Part shown: positions 38,841-49,781 of the stretch, piece by piece
Layout of the letters: the number at the start of each line of letters is the position of its first letter
Numbering within the stretch: position 1 is the first letter of the stretch
NCBI GenBank assembly: GCA_963711565.1
Contig: CAVQEQ010000004.1
Coordinates: 1,248,001-1,312,000 of the forward strand
DNA from: an uncultured delta proteobacterium
Lineage (GTDB): Bacteria > Desulfobacterota > Binatia > Binatales > Binataceae
Length of the DNA stretch: 64,000 nucleotides
Reading direction: 5' to 3'
Position numbers and translations under genes: made by a program
Notes under the pieces: generated by a model
The model's database searches: none
Seen by the model: the letters and a program-made list of their open reading frames with translations, nothing else
What the model was told of the DNA's origin: nothing

Positions 38841-39590
38841 ATGTTCGTCCGAATTCCAGCGTTGACGCTTACGGCTGCGCTCGCGGTGGCACTGGCGCTA
38901 TCGGTGCCCGCTCGCGCGCAGGATATGAAAGGCATGGACATGAGCGGCCATGATATGTCGGACATGTCGATGTCGGGCGATTCGATGATGGATCACGACG
39001 TGCACATGGACAACGGCAATATGAAAAATATGGCGCTGCACATGGCGTTCACCGACCTGCGGCCCGCCAACGATGCCGACAAGGCGCGCGCCGCGGTGCT
39101 GGTGACCGATCTTCAGCATGCGCTGGCCAAGTACAAGGACTATCACGTCGCCGAGGCCGATGGCTTCAAACCCTTTCATCCTGAGCTTAAACAGCAGAAG
39201 GTCGTGCACTTCACCAAGAACTGGTACGGCCTCAAAGCCATGTTCACGTTCAACACGACCGAGCCAACGTCGCTGCTCTACGAGCGCACACCGGACGGCG
39301 GGTACAAATTGATCGGCGCGATGTACACCGATCGCAAGGACGCCACCCTGGATCAGCTGAACCAGCGAGTCCCACTGAGCGTCGCGCGATGGCATCGGCA
39401 CATCAACTTCTGTTTTCCGCCGAAAGGCGCCGACATGAAGACTGCCGATTGGACGAAGTTCGGCATGGGGTCGATCGCCACCAAGGAAGCCTGCGACGCT
39501 GTCGGCGGCCGCTTCTATCCGCAAATATTCGGCTGGATGGTTCACGTCTATCCGTGGGAGACCAACCCGCAACTCGTGTGGGCGCACTAA
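38841..39590 (+). CDS. Exported protein with Met/His-rich N-terminus
   Basis: GGAGGAG RBS; signal peptide ending ARA; MKGMDMSGHDMSDMSMSGDSMMDHDVHM; WHRH and WMVHV motifs. Confidence 0.8.
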   Translation: MFVRIPALTLTAALAVALALSVPARAQDMKGMDMSGHDMSDMSMSGDSMMDHDVHMDNGNMKNMALHMAFTDLRPANDADKARAAVLVTDLQHALAKYKDYHVAEADGFKPFHPELKQQKVVHFTKNWYGLKAMFTFNTTEPTSLLYERTPDGGYKLIGAMYTDRKDATLDQLNQRVPLSVARWHRHINFCFPPKGADMKTADWTKFGMGSIATKEACDAVGGRFYPQIFGWMVHVYPWETNPQLVWAH

Positions 39591-39596
39591 CAACTG

Positions 39597-40502
39597 GTGA
39601 CGCCGTCCGTCGAATTGCTCGAGGTCCGAAAATCGTACGGCGGCTACGCGGCCGTTGACGGCATCTCGTTCGCAATTCCGCCGGCGCATATATTCGGCCT
39701 GCTCGGACCTAACGGTGCGGGCAAGACCAGCACGATCCGCATGATGATCGGGATCACGTCGCCCGATTCCGGAATCGTGAGGCTGTTCGGCGAGCCGCTG
39801 CGCCGTCGCGCGCTGCGCCGGGTCGGCTATCTGCCGGAAGAGCGCGGCCTGTACCGTCGGATGACGGTCGGAGCCAACTTCGTTTTTCTCGGACAGCTCG
39901 CGGGTCTGTCGATCGCCACGGCGAAGGAACGGATCGACAGGTGGACGAGGCGGCTCGAGATTGCGGATTGGGTCGATCGGCGCGTCGAGGAGTTGTCGAA
40001 GGGGATGCAGCAGAAAATCCAGTTCATCGCGGCGCTGCTGCACGACCCCGACTTGATCGTGATGGACGAGCCGTTCGCCGGCCTCGATCCCGTCAACACG
40101 ATGCAGCTCAAGGACGTGCTGGTCGGCCTGCGCGCGGCGGGGAAATCGATCCTGTTTTCGACGCATCGGATGGACCAGGTGGAGAAGCTGTGCGACTCGA
40201 TCTGTCTGATCAATCGCGGCAAGGCGGTGCTGCAGGGGAGCTTGAGCGAAGTGAAAAACGGCAACGGCCGCCGCTTTGTGCAGATCGATTACGAAGGCGA
40301 CGGCGCGTGCCTGGCCGGCAATCCGCTGATCGATTCGTTGAATGACTACGGCAATCACGCCGAGCTGCGCCTGAAGCCGGGCGCCGACTCGCAGGTACTG
40401 CTGGAGACCGCGATGCGGCAGTTACGCGTGCTCCGCTTCCAGGTGATGGACCCGTCGCTCGAACAGATCTTTATCGAACGAGTCTCAGGCAAAGATGACT
40501 GA
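39597..40502 (+). CDS. ABC exporter ATP-binding protein (NatA/YhaQ-like)
   Basis: GPNGAGKT, YLPEERGLY, LSKGMQQK, MDEPFAGLDP motifs. Confidence 0.93.
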   Translation: MTPSVELLEVRKSYGGYAAVDGISFAIPPAHIFGLLGPNGAGKTSTIRMMIGITSPDSGIVRLFGEPLRRRALRRVGYLPEERGLYRRMTVGANFVFLGQLAGLSIATAKERIDRWTRRLEIADWVDRRVEELSKGMQQKIQFIAALLHDPDLIVMDEPFAGLDPVNTMQLKDVLVGLRAAGKSILFSTHRMDQVEKLCDSICLINRGKAVLQGSLSEVKNGNGRRFVQIDYEGDGACLAGNPLIDSLNDYGNHAELRLKPGADSQVLLETAMRQLRVLRFQVMDPSLEQIFIERVSGKDD

Positions 40503-41770
40503 CTTCTCGGTCAAAAAAGTCTGGATTATTGCGAAGCGTGAATACCTCGAGCGGGTGAGGACACGATCGTTCCTGCTCTCGACTTTCGTCACTCCGCTGC
40601 TGATGGGAGCGTTTCTGGTCCTGCCCACCGTGATCAGCGAATCCGCAGCCCGCAACATCATGCGCGACAGCGAGCGACCGGCGCGAGTCGTGATAGCGTC
40701 GGACAATCGCGCGTTGGCGGAATTGGTGAGCGGCGAATTAATCCGCCAGAAGGGCACGCGCTACGAGCCATCCGTCGTATCGCCAACGTCGACGGGCGAG
40801 CGCGAGCGGCTCGACAAGCAACTCAATGACAGCGACATCGAGGGCTATGTGTGGCTCGACGGCCCGGCGATCGCTTCGCGCCAGGTGGTTTTCTCGACGC
40901 GCCGGATAAGCGATTTCATTCTCCAGCACCGGCTCAGTGACGCCTTGTCGTACGCATTCGCCGCGCAGCGCATGGTGCAGCAGGGCAACAGCACCGGTGA
41001 CGTGGCCGCAACGCTGGAGCCTGTGACCCTGACCGCGGTTCGTGCGGGCAATACGTCGGCGATGTACAACGAGCTGCGCGGCGCCATAGTCGTGTTCATC
41101 CTGATGTTCGTGATGCTGTTCTCGCTGCTGTCGTACGGCGTGATGGTGATGCGTTCGGTCATGGAGGAAAAGAGCTCGCGCATCACCGAGGTACTGATGT
41201 GCGCAGCGAGCGCGCCGGAACTGATGTCCGGGAAGATTCTCGGCACCGGCAGCGTCGGCCTGACGCAGATCGGAGTATGGCTTTCGCTCGCGGGGTTCGG
41301 CGCGTCGCGCAGCCTGTTCCTGCGCACCACGATGGCAGCGCTCGAACGTCGGGCCGTCGCTGATAATTTATTTCGTCATCTTCTACACGCTGGGCTACCT
41401 GCTTTACAGCGCGATTTTCGCCGGCGTCGGCGCGATCTTCAATTCGATCGACGAAGCGCAGCAGTGGAACTTCGTGGTCATCCTGCCGTTGATCGCCGCG
41501 TCGGCGATGATTCTGCCGGTGGCGACCTCGTCGGATTCGATGCTCTCGGTGGCGGGTTCGCTGTTTCCGTTCTGCTCGCCGATCCTGATGTTCGAGCGGC
41601 TCGCGGTTCACAATCCGCCGCTATGGCAAATCGTGCTGTCGCTGATTCTGCTGCTGGCGACGATCGGCGGAACGATGTTCGTCAGCGCGCGAATCTACCG
41701 GACGGGAATTCTGATGTATGGCAAGCGTCCGACGATCCGCGAGGTCTCACGATGGATGCGGGCCGCGTGA
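40495..41770 (+). pseudogene. ABC-2 permease (NatB/YhaP-like), +1 frameshift near 41345 (real or sequencing error)
   Basis: AKREY and EEKSSRITEVL-GKILG in frame 1; continues in frame 2 as VGPSLIIYFVIFYTLGYLLYSAIFAGVGA...ARIYRTGILMYG. Confidence 0.85.
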
Positions 41771-41980
41771 GCGGCTTATGCACCGAAGGTCGCTCGCGGC
41801 ACCATCCGATTGCTTCACAAGTTCCGCAAACGCTGCTATCTATCCGACGTTTGCTTGCTTGGCCGCCGCGATGGTTGGAGCATTAGGCGCGACGACTCAC
41901 TTAAGTATTGCTCATTAACAGAGACGCGAATATAAGGTAGGCTTCAGGAAGAGGAACGACCGGAGGCAGGGAGCAAAAGC

Positions 41981-42922
41981 GTGGCTCGGAAGAAAATTGC
42001 GTTCATCGGGGCGGGTAATGTCGGCGCGACCTGCGCCCACCTGTTCTTCCTGCGCGGACTCGGCGACATCGTGCTCTACGATATTATCGAGGGCCTGCCA
42101 CAGGGCAAGGCGCTCGACATGCTCGAGTCGGCGCCGGTCCTCGGCATCAACGTCAACGTCACCGGCACCACCGACATCAAACAGATCGAGGGCGCCGATT
42201 GCTGCGTGGTCACGTCAGGATCGCCGCGCAAGCCCGGGATGTCGCGCGACGACCTGCTCAAGATTAATGCGAAGGTCATGACCAACGTCGGCAGCGCGAT
42301 CAAGAAGCACGCGCCCGGCGCGTTCGTGATCGCGGTCACCAATCCGCTCGACGCGATGGTTACACAGCTCAAGCGCGTGACCGGGTTTGCGAAAGGCCGC
42401 ATCGTCGGGCAGGCGGGCGTGCTGGACTCGGCGCGCTACCGGACGTTCCTGGCGGCGGAGCTTGGCGTCTCGACGGAGAGCGTCTCCGCGATGGTGCTCG
42501 GCGGGCATGGCGACGACATGGTGCCGATTCGCAGCTACACCACAGTCGGCGGGCAGCCGATCGAACGCCTGATCGCAGCGAAGCGGCTCGAGGAAATCGA
42601 GAAGCGCACGCGCGGAGGCGGAGGCGAGATCGTCGAGCTGATGAAGACGTCGTCGTACTACGCGGCTGGAACCGCGGTTTACAAAATGGTCGAGGCGTAC
42701 ATGCTCGATCGCAAGTCGGTGCTGCCGTGCGCGGCGTACCTTGACGGCGAATATGGCGTGACGGGGTTGTTCGCGGGAGTGCCGGTCGTGATTGGCGCGG
42801 GCGGCGTCGAGCGCGTGGTGGAAATCCAGCTGACGCCCGCCGAGAAGACCGCCTTTGACAGTTCGGTCGGGCACGTGCGCGAACTGGTCGAGGCGATGGA
42901 CAAAGTAATCGCGGCCGGCTGA
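41981..42922 (+). CDS. mdh: Malate dehydrogenase (LDH-like)
   Basis: GAGNVG, PRKPGMSRDDL, NPLD, LDSAR, GGHGD motifs. Confidence 0.96.
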   Translation: MARKKIAFIGAGNVGATCAHLFFLRGLGDIVLYDIIEGLPQGKALDMLESAPVLGINVNVTGTTDIKQIEGADCCVVTSGSPRKPGMSRDDLLKINAKVMTNVGSAIKKHAPGAFVIAVTNPLDAMVTQLKRVTGFAKGRIVGQAGVLDSARYRTFLAAELGVSTESVSAMVLGGHGDDMVPIRSYTTVGGQPIERLIAAKRLEEIEKRTRGGGGEIVELMKTSSYYAAGTAVYKMVEAYMLDRKSVLPCAAYLDGEYGVTGLFAGVPVVIGAGGVERVVEIQLTPAEKTAFDSSVGHVRELVEAMDKVIAAG

Positions 42923-42949
42923 CCGGCGCACGCGATTCGGGAAAGTCTT

Positions 42950-43612
42950 ATGGCTGAAGCAGAAGCGGTGGCGGCGCCTGCGATTGCGTCCGGGATGACG
43001 GCGGACGAGCGGCACTGGCTGCTGCGCAGATTGCACTCGCTGTCGGGAATCATTCCGATCGGCGGATTCCTGTTTTTCCACCTGTTCGAAAACGCCTTCG
43101 TGCTGAAAGGCGGCGGGACGTGGTGGAAGGAGACTGAGTTTACCCGCAACATTCCGTTTCAGATCGCGGTCGAAGCGCTGGTGTTGTGGATTCCGATCCT
43201 CTACCACGCGATTTACGGCATCGTCATCACGGCCACCGCGCAGCCCAACGACTACCCGTACGAGCGTAACTACCAGTACACCTTGCAGCGCATCACGGGG
43301 ATTCTAGCGTTCCTGTTTATCGGCTTTCACGTCTTCTCGACGCGCGCGTACTTCTACGCCACCGGAGTCGAGACCGATTACATGCGGATGCACAACTTCA
43401 TGATGAATCCGCTGATTCTCACCACTTACCTGGTCGGGACGATTGCGTGCGTCTATCATCTGACCAACGGCATTTTCACATTCACGATCACCTGGGGAAT
43501 CGCGGTCGGCGCACGGGCGCAAACGCTGGTGAACCGCGCATGCGTCGCGCTGTTCGTCGTGCTGACTATTGTCAGCGTCTCGATCCTGATCGCATTTCGC
43601 GCACCCGCCTGA
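42950..43612 (+). CDS. sdhC: Succinate dehydrogenase cytochrome b558 subunit (Bacillus-type)
   Basis: RRLHSLSGIIP, five TM segments with His ligands, QRITG, HLTNG. Confidence 0.92.
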   Translation: MAEAEAVAAPAIASGMTADERHWLLRRLHSLSGIIPIGGFLFFHLFENAFVLKGGGTWWKETEFTRNIPFQIAVEALVLWIPILYHAIYGIVITATAQPNDYPYERNYQYTLQRITGILAFLFIGFHVFSTRAYFYATGVETDYMRMHNFMMNPLILTTYLVGTIACVYHLTNGIFTFTITWGIAVGARAQTLVNRACVALFVVLTIVSVSILIAFRAPA

Positions 43613-43624
43613 GGAGAACAACCA

Positions 43625-45382
43625 ATGCCAGGGCATCACATCATAGTAGGCGGCGGGCTGGCTGGGTTGACGGCGGCAATGAAGCTCGCGGAGCAGGGCG
43701 AGCAAATCGATCTGTTCTCGATCGTGCCGGTCAAGCGTTCGCATTCGGTGTGCGCGCAAGGCGGAATCAACGGCGCGGTCAATACGAAAGGCGAGGGCGA
43801 CTCGCCGATGATTCATTTCGACGACACGATTTACGGCGGCGATTTTCTCGCGCATCAGCCGCCCGTCAAGGCGATGTGCGAGGCGGCGCCGTCGATCATC
43901 TACCTGTTCGATCGGATGGGCGTGATGTTCAATCGCACGCCTGAGGGCCTGCTCGACTTCCGGCGCTTCGGCGGCACCAAGCATCATCGGACGGCGTTCG
44001 CGGGCGCGACCACCGGCCAGCAGCTGCTGTACGCTCTGGACGAGCAGGTGCGCCGCTACGAGGCGGCCGGCCTCGTGCGCAAGTTCGAGGGCTGGGAAAT
44101 GTTGAGCCTCGTGCAGGACGAGTCGGGCGATTGCCGCGGGATCGTCGCGATCGACACGCGCTCGCTCGAAATGCGCGCGTTTCCCGCCGACACGACGCTG
44201 ATTGCGACCGGCGGACCGGGCCTCGTCTTCGGCCGATCGACTCAATCGCTGGTGAACACGGGATCGGCGGCCAGCGCGTGTTACCAGGCGGGCGCGACGT
44301 ACGCCAACGGCGAGTTCATCCAGGTGCATCCGACCGCGATGCAGGGTGAGGACAAGTTTCGCCTCATCTCGGAGTCGATTCGCGGCGAGGGCGGCCGCGT
44401 GTGGACCTATCGCGACAGCAAGCCGTGGTACTTCCTCGAAGAGATGTACCCGGCGTACGGGAACCTGGTGCCGCGCGACATCGCGACCCGCGCGATTCAC
44501 AAGGTCGTGTTCGAGATGAAGCTCGGCGTTGACGGCAACCCGATCGTTTATCTCGACGTGAGCCATCTCGATCCCGAAGAGCTCAATCGCAAGGTCGCGG
44601 GCGTGCTCGAAATCTACGAGAAGTTCGCCGGCCAGGATCCGCGCAAAGTGCCGATGAAAATTTTCCCCGCGATGCACTATTCGATGGGCGGGCTGTGGGT
44701 CGATTACCATCAGCAGACCAACGTGCCGGGGCTGTTCGCGGCGGGCGAGTGCGAGTTCCAGTATCACGGCGCGAATCGGCTCGGCGCCAACTCGCTGCTG
44801 TCGTGCATGCACGGCGGAAATATCGCGGAGCCGGCGATGATTGGATACGCGAAGTCGAAGAAGAGCGCGGTCAGCTCGACGATTTTCGATCAGGAGCTGA
44901 GCTTGCAGCGCGAATCGTTCGACAAGATCTTCAAACTGAACGGCCCCGAGAACGCATTTGCGCTGTGGCGCGAGCTCGGCGACATCATGACCGAGAACGT
45001 CACGGTCGTGCGCCACAACGACAAGCTCAAGCTGACTGACGCCAAGCTGCTGGAGTTCAAAGAGCGATGGGGCAAAATCGGCCTCAACGACAAGGGCAAG
45101 TGGGCGAACCAGGAAGTGCTGTTCGTTCGGCAGTTGTGGAACATGCTCGAACTCGCGCGGCCGATCACGCTCGGCGCGCTCAATCGCAACGAATCGCGCG
45201 GGGCGCACTACAAGCCGGAGTTCCCCGAGCGCGACGACGAGAAATTCATGAAGACCACGATGGCGGCATGGTCGTCCGACGGTCCGCGCTTCAGTTGGGA
45301 GCCGGTTGACGTGAGCCTCATCAAGCCGCGGCCGCGGCGCTACAACGTCGAGAAATCCGCCGGCGAGCCGAAAGCGGCGTAG
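43625..45382 (+). CDS. sdhA: Succinate dehydrogenase flavoprotein
   Basis: RSHSVCAQGG, QVHPT, HYSMGG, HGANRLGANSL, ESRGAH motifs. Confidence 0.96.
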   Translation: MPGHHIIVGGGLAGLTAAMKLAEQGEQIDLFSIVPVKRSHSVCAQGGINGAVNTKGEGDSPMIHFDDTIYGGDFLAHQPPVKAMCEAAPSIIYLFDRMGVMFNRTPEGLLDFRRFGGTKHHRTAFAGATTGQQLLYALDEQVRRYEAAGLVRKFEGWEMLSLVQDESGDCRGIVAIDTRSLEMRAFPADTTLIATGGPGLVFGRSTQSLVNTGSAASACYQAGATYANGEFIQVHPTAMQGEDKFRLISESIRGEGGRVWTYRDSKPWYFLEEMYPAYGNLVPRDIATRAIHKVVFEMKLGVDGNPIVYLDVSHLDPEELNRKVAGVLEIYEKFAGQDPRKVPMKIFPAMHYSMGGLWVDYHQQTNVPGLFAAGECEFQYHGANRLGANSLLSCMHGGNIAEPAMIGYAKSKKSAVSSTIFDQELSLQRESFDKIFKLNGPENAFALWRELGDIMTENVTVVRHNDKLKLTDAKLLEFKERWGKIGLNDKGKWANQEVLFVRQLWNMLELARPITLGALNRNESRGAHYKPEFPERDDEKFMKTTMAAWSSDGPRFSWEPVDVSLIKPRPRRYNVEKSAGEPKAA

Positions 45383-45401
45383 GTCGAGCAGGAGCATCGC
45401 A

Positions 45402-46151
45402 GTGCCAGAAAAGACGCAAGTCTTGAGAATCAAGCGCCAGGAGTCGCCGAACTCCGAGCCGTACTACGAAGAGTTCGAGATTCCGTTTTTGGGGAATCAC
45501 AACATCATCTCGATGCTGATGGAGATTCGGCGCAACCCGGTGACGCGGCAAGGCAAGCGCGTGGCGCCGGTGGTGTTCGATGCCAACTGTCTCGAGGAAG
45601 TCTGCGGCTCGTGCACGATGGTGATCAACGGGCGCGTGCGCCAGGGATGCTCGCAGCTGGCCGACGATCTCGACGGCCCGGTGACGGTCGAGCCGATGTC
45701 GAAATTCCCGGTGATTCGCGACTTATGGGTCGATCGATCGAAGATGTTCGAGGCGCTGAAGAAAGCGCACGCGTGGATTCCGATCGACGGCACCTACGAC
45801 CTCGGCCCCGGTCCGCGAATGGCGCCGAGCGTGCAGGAGTTCGCGTACTTGTTCTCGCGATGCATGACGTGCGGATGCTGCCTCGAGGCGTGTCCGCAGG
45901 TTAACGCGCACTCGAAGTTCATGGGCGCCGCGGTGATCGGGCAGGTGTACCTGATGAGCCAGCATCAGACCGGCAAGATGAATCACGAGGAGCGGATCGA
46001 GGCGATGATGTCGGAAGGCGGCGTCGCGGATTGCGGCAACGCGCAAAACTGTGTCGAGGTCTGCCCCAAGGAAATCCCGCTGACGACGGCAATCGGCGCA
46101 GTCGGCAGGCAGACGTTGATCAAATGGCTCCGCGACCTATTTATGAAATGA
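45402..46151 (+). CDS. sdhB: Succinate dehydrogenase iron-sulfur subunit
   Basis: CLEEVCGSC, CMTCGCCLEACP, CGNAQNCVEVCP motifs. Confidence 0.96.
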   Translation: MPEKTQVLRIKRQESPNSEPYYEEFEIPFLGNHNIISMLMEIRRNPVTRQGKRVAPVVFDANCLEEVCGSCTMVINGRVRQGCSQLADDLDGPVTVEPMSKFPVIRDLWVDRSKMFEALKKAHAWIPIDGTYDLGPGPRMAPSVQEFAYLFSRCMTCGCCLEACPQVNAHSKFMGAAVIGQVYLMSQHQTGKMNHEERIEAMMSEGGVADCGNAQNCVEVCPKEIPLTTAIGAVGRQTLIKWLRDLFMK

Positions 46152-46170
46152 GCGCTGCGCAGGTAACTGA

Positions 46171-47334
46171 ATGAACATCCACGAATATCAAGCCAAGCAG
46201 ATTCTCGGACGCTTCGGCGTTCCTGTTCCCAAAGGGCAATTCGCGACGACGCCCGATGAAGCAGCGGGCGCATTCACCGCGCTCGGTCAGCCGAAGGCTG
46301 TAGTCAAGGCGCAAATCCATGCGGGCGGGCGCGGTAAGGCGGGCGGCGTCAAGCTGCTGACGGGCGCGTCCGACGTGCGCGACTTCGCGGCTAAGCTGCT
46401 CGGCAAGCCGCTGGTGACGCATCAGACAGGCCCCGAGGGCCGCGTCGTGCGTCGCGTTTATATAGAGGAGGCGAGCGACGTCGCGCGCGAGCTGTACCTC
46501 GGGATGCTCGTCGATAGGAAAGCAGGGACCGTTTCCGTGATCGCGAGCACCGAAGGCGGGATGGATATCGAGGAAGTCGCCAACAAGACGCCGGAAAAAA
46601 TTCTAACCGAGCAAATCAGTCCGCTGCTCGGCGTATCAGGTTTCCAGGCGCGCAAAATCGCTTTTTCACTGGGGCTTAAAGACAAGCAAGTCGGCCAGTT
46701 CGTTGCGCTGCTCACGGCGCTCTACCGGGCGTTCATCGAAACCGACGCGTCGCTAATCGAGATCAATCCGCTCGTCGTGACGAAGGACAACCGCGTCATC
46801 TGCCTCGACGCGAAAATGTCGTTCGACGACAATGCGCTGCTCCGCCATCCGGATATTCGCGAGCTGCGCGATCCCAACGAAGAAGATCCCGCCGAGACCG
46901 AGGCGGCGAAATTCGACCTCAGCTACGTGCATCTCGACGGCAACATCGGATGCATGGTGAACGGCGCCGGCCTCGCGATGGCGACGATGGACATCGTAAA
47001 GCTCTACGGCGCGGAGCCTGCCAACTTCCTCAACGTCGGCGGCGGCGCGAGCACCGAGAAGGTCGCCGCGGCGTTTCGCATCCTGCTCGCGGACAAGCGT
47101 GTCAAAGGCGTGCTCATCAACATTTTCGGCGGCATCATGCGATGCGACGTGCTGGCGCAAGGCGTGGTCGAGGCGGCGAAGCAGGTGAAGCTCAGCGTGC
47201 CGCTGGTCGTCAGGATGGAAGGCACCAACGTCGTCGAGGGCAAGAAGATTCTCGCCGACTCGGGCATCAAGGTGATCGCCGCCAGTGACATGGCAGACGC
47301 CGCCAAGCGCATCGTGCAAGCAATCGCAGCTTAG
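46171..47334 (+). CDS. sucC: Succinyl-CoA synthetase beta subunit
   Basis: [41 protein letters not shown] motifs. Confidence 0.97.
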   Translation: MNIHEYQAKQILGRFGVPVPKGQFATTPDEAAGAFTALGQPKAVVKAQIHAGGRGKAGGVKLLTGASDVRDFAAKLLGKPLVTHQTGPEGRVVRRVYIEEASDVARELYLGMLVDRKAGTVSVIASTEGGMDIEEVANKTPEKILTEQISPLLGVSGFQARKIAFSLGLKDKQVGQFVALLTALYRAFIETDASLIEINPLVVTKDNRVICLDAKMSFDDNALLRHPDIRELRDPNEEDPAETEAAKFDLSYVHLDGNIGCMVNGAGLAMATMDIVKLYGAEPANFLNVGGGASTEKVAAAFRILLADKRVKGVLINIFGGIMRCDVLAQGVVEAAKQVKLSVPLVVRMEGTNVVEGKKILADSGIKVIAASDMADAAKRIVQAIAA

Positions 47335-47343
47335 GATTTTCAG

Positions 47344-48222
47344 ATGAGCATTTTAGTCGATAAGAACACGCGCGTGCTGACGCAGGGAATCACCGGCGCG
47401 GTGGGACAGCTCCACACGCGCGCGTGCAAGGAATACGGCACCAAGATGGTCGGCGGCGTGGTGCCGGGCAAGGGCGGCACCGACTTCGAGGGCATCCCGA
47501 TTTTCGACAGCGTCGAGCAGGCGCGCAAAGCGACCGGCTGCAACGCGACGGTGATCTACGTGCCGCCGGCGTTCGCTGCCGACGCGATGCTCGAAGCTAT
47601 CGCCGCGGGAATCGAGCTCGTCATCTGCATCACGGAGAACGTGCCGGTGCTCGACATGGTCAAGGTGAAGGCGTACATGGCGGGCGGCAAGTCGCGCCTG
47701 ATCGGGCCCAACTGCCCGGGAATCATCACGCCGGGCGAGTGCAAAATCGGCATCATGCCGGGATACATTCACAAGCCGGGCGACATCGGCGTCGTGTCGC
47801 GCTCGGGCACGCTGACCTACGAGGCGGTGTATCAGTTGACGCAACTCGGAATCGGGCAATCGAGCTGCATCGGAATCGGCGGCGACCCGATCGTCGGCAC
47901 GACGCATATCGATGCACTGAGGTTGTTTAACGAGGATCCGAAGAGCCGCGCCGTTATCATGATCGGCGAAATCGGCGGGACCGCCGAAGAAGAGGCGGCG
48001 GAATACATAAAGCAATACTTTAAGAAACCCGTGGTCGCGTTTATTGCCGGTCAGACCGCGCCGAAGGGACGGCGGATGGGCCACGCGGGCGCGATAATCT
48101 CGGGCGGACGCGGCACCGCGGCGGACAAGGTCGCGGCGCTCAAGGCGGCGGGCATCACGGTGGCGTCGAGCCCGGCGGACCTCGGCTCGACGATGAAAGC
48201 CGTGCTCGAAGGCAAGAAGTAA
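47344..48222 (+). CDS. sucD: Succinyl-CoA synthetase alpha subunit
   Basis: [22 protein letters not shown] motifs. Confidence 0.97.
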   Translation: MSILVDKNTRVLTQGITGAVGQLHTRACKEYGTKMVGGVVPGKGGTDFEGIPIFDSVEQARKATGCNATVIYVPPAFAADAMLEAIAAGIELVICITENVPVLDMVKVKAYMAGGKSRLIGPNCPGIITPGECKIGIMPGYIHKPGDIGVVSRSGTLTYEAVYQLTQLGIGQSSCIGIGGDPIVGTTHIDALRLFNEDPKSRAVIMIGEIGGTAEEEAAEYIKQYFKKPVVAFIAGQTAPKGRRMGHAGAIISGGRGTAADKVAALKAAGITVASSPADLGSTMKAVLEGKK

Positions 48223-48226
48223 TTCG

Positions 48227-48643
48227 ATGGAACGAACTTTCGCAATCGTCAAACCCGACGCGGTGCGGCGCGGGCTCACCGGCGACATACTCAAGCGGAT
48301 CGAAGCGTCGGGGCTGACGATCGTCGCGCTGCGCAAGACTCAGCTGTCGCGCGCCGACGCCGAGAAATTTTACGACGTGCACAAAGCGCGGCCGTTCTTC
48401 GACGGGCTCTGTAAGTACATGACTTCCGGGCCGGTGGTCGTGCTCGTGCTGCAAGGCGAGGGCGCAATCGGCAAGTGGCGTCAGTTGATGGGCGCGACCG
48501 ATCCGAAAAAAGCCAACGCCGGCACGATTCGCAAGGACTTTGGCATCAACGTCGAGCAGAACGCCACGCACGGCTCCGACGCGCCCGAGACCGCGGCACA
48601 GGAGATCTCGTTCTTTTTCCCCGCGCGCGAGATTTTGGCGTAG
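48227..48643 (+). CDS. ndk: Nucleoside diphosphate kinase
   Basis: [21 protein letters not shown] motifs. Confidence 0.97.
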   Translation: MERTFAIVKPDAVRRGLTGDILKRIEASGLTIVALRKTQLSRADAEKFYDVHKARPFFDGLCKYMTSGPVVVLVLQGEGAIGKWRQLMGATDPKKANAGTIRKDFGINVEQNATHGSDAPETAAQEISFFFPAREILA

Positions 48644-48692
48644 AACCGCCGTCCTGCTTTCACGGCTGCGTTTCGATTAGAATAGTCGGGCC

Positions 48693-49766
48693 GTGAACGA
48701 GAACCGCCAGACATCGGCTGAGCCAACGCCGACCAGTAGCGATTTCCGCGACCTGACGCTCGATGAAGTCGAGCAACTCGTCGCGAACGCGGGTGATCGC
48801 TCGTATCGCGCGCGCCAGATTCTGCACTGGGTACATGCTCGCGGGGCGGAGTCGTTCGACGAGATGCGCGAGCTACCGACTTCGCTGCGCAACTATCTGA
48901 AGCAGAACTTCACGATCGGGCATCCGGTGTCGTCGTTTGTCTCGCGCTCGTCGGACGGCACGCGGAAACTGCTCATCCGTCTCGACGACGGTGAGGAAAT
49001 TGAATCGGTAATAATCCCCACGGAAAAGCGCGTGACGCTTTGCATGTCGAGCCAGGTCGGATGCGCGATGGCCTGCGAATTCTGCGCGACGGCGCGCATG
49101 GGATTGCATCGCAACCTCACCAGCTCGGAGATGCTGGCGCAAATATTCGCGGCGCGCCGCGAACTGGCCGCGGGCGAGGAACTCACGAACTTTGTTTTCA
49201 TGGGGATGGGCGAGCCGCTGGCCAATTATCCGCGACTCGTGCGGACGCTCGCGATCATGACGTCAGAGTGGGGGCTGGGCATCTCGCCGCGTCGGATTAC
49301 CGTTTCTACCGTTGGCCTGGTACCGATGATGGAGCGGCTGCTGAACGACACGCCGGTTAATCTTGCCGTGTCGTTGCACGCGACGACCAACGAGGTTCGC
49401 GATCGGCTCGCGCCGATCAACAAACGCTATCCGCTGGAAGTGCTGCTCGACGCCTGCCGCAATCTGCCAATCAAGCGTCGCAGCCGTATTACCTTCGAAT
49501 ACGTGATGCTCGCCGGGGTGAACGATTCCCTCGCCGACGCGCGGCGTCTGTTGAAGTTGCTCGCGCCTTTGCGTGGCAAGGTGAATTTGATCTTTTACAA
49601 TCCGATGGAGGGATCGCCGCTGCGGAGCAGCTCGCGCGCCGCGGTGGAGGCCTTTCAAGCGATCCTCAAGAACGGTAATTTGACCGCTACGATCCGCGAA
49701 AGCCGGGGACTCGACATTGCGGCGGCATGCGGTCAGCTTTACGCCGAACAGCATACCCCGGCCTGA
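48693..49766 (+). CDS. rlmN: Dual-specificity RNA methyltransferase RlmN
   Basis: SSQVGCAMACEFC, MGMGEP, SLHA, AACGQL motifs. Confidence 0.96.
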   Translation: MNENRQTSAEPTPTSSDFRDLTLDEVEQLVANAGDRSYRARQILHWVHARGAESFDEMRELPTSLRNYLKQNFTIGHPVSSFVSRSSDGTRKLLIRLDDGEEIESVIIPTEKRVTLCMSSQVGCAMACEFCATARMGLHRNLTSSEMLAQIFAARRELAAGEELTNFVFMGMGEPLANYPRLVRTLAIMTSEWGLGISPRRITVSTVGLVPMMERLLNDTPVNLAVSLHATTNEVRDRLAPINKRYPLEVLLDACRNLPIKRRSRITFEYVMLAGVNDSLADARRLLKLLAPLRGKVNLIFYNPMEGSPLRSSSRAAVEAFQAILKNGNLTATIRESRGLDIAAACGQLYAEQHTPA

Positions 49767-49781
49767 AACGTCAGAAGAAAA

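Noticed and set aside
43304-45433. 709-aa antisense ORF, and many similar long shadow ORFs (for example 38898..40358, 11431..12651, 4077..5399)
   Set aside because: They lie opposite well-supported genes and have no motifs; expected from high-GC codon bias
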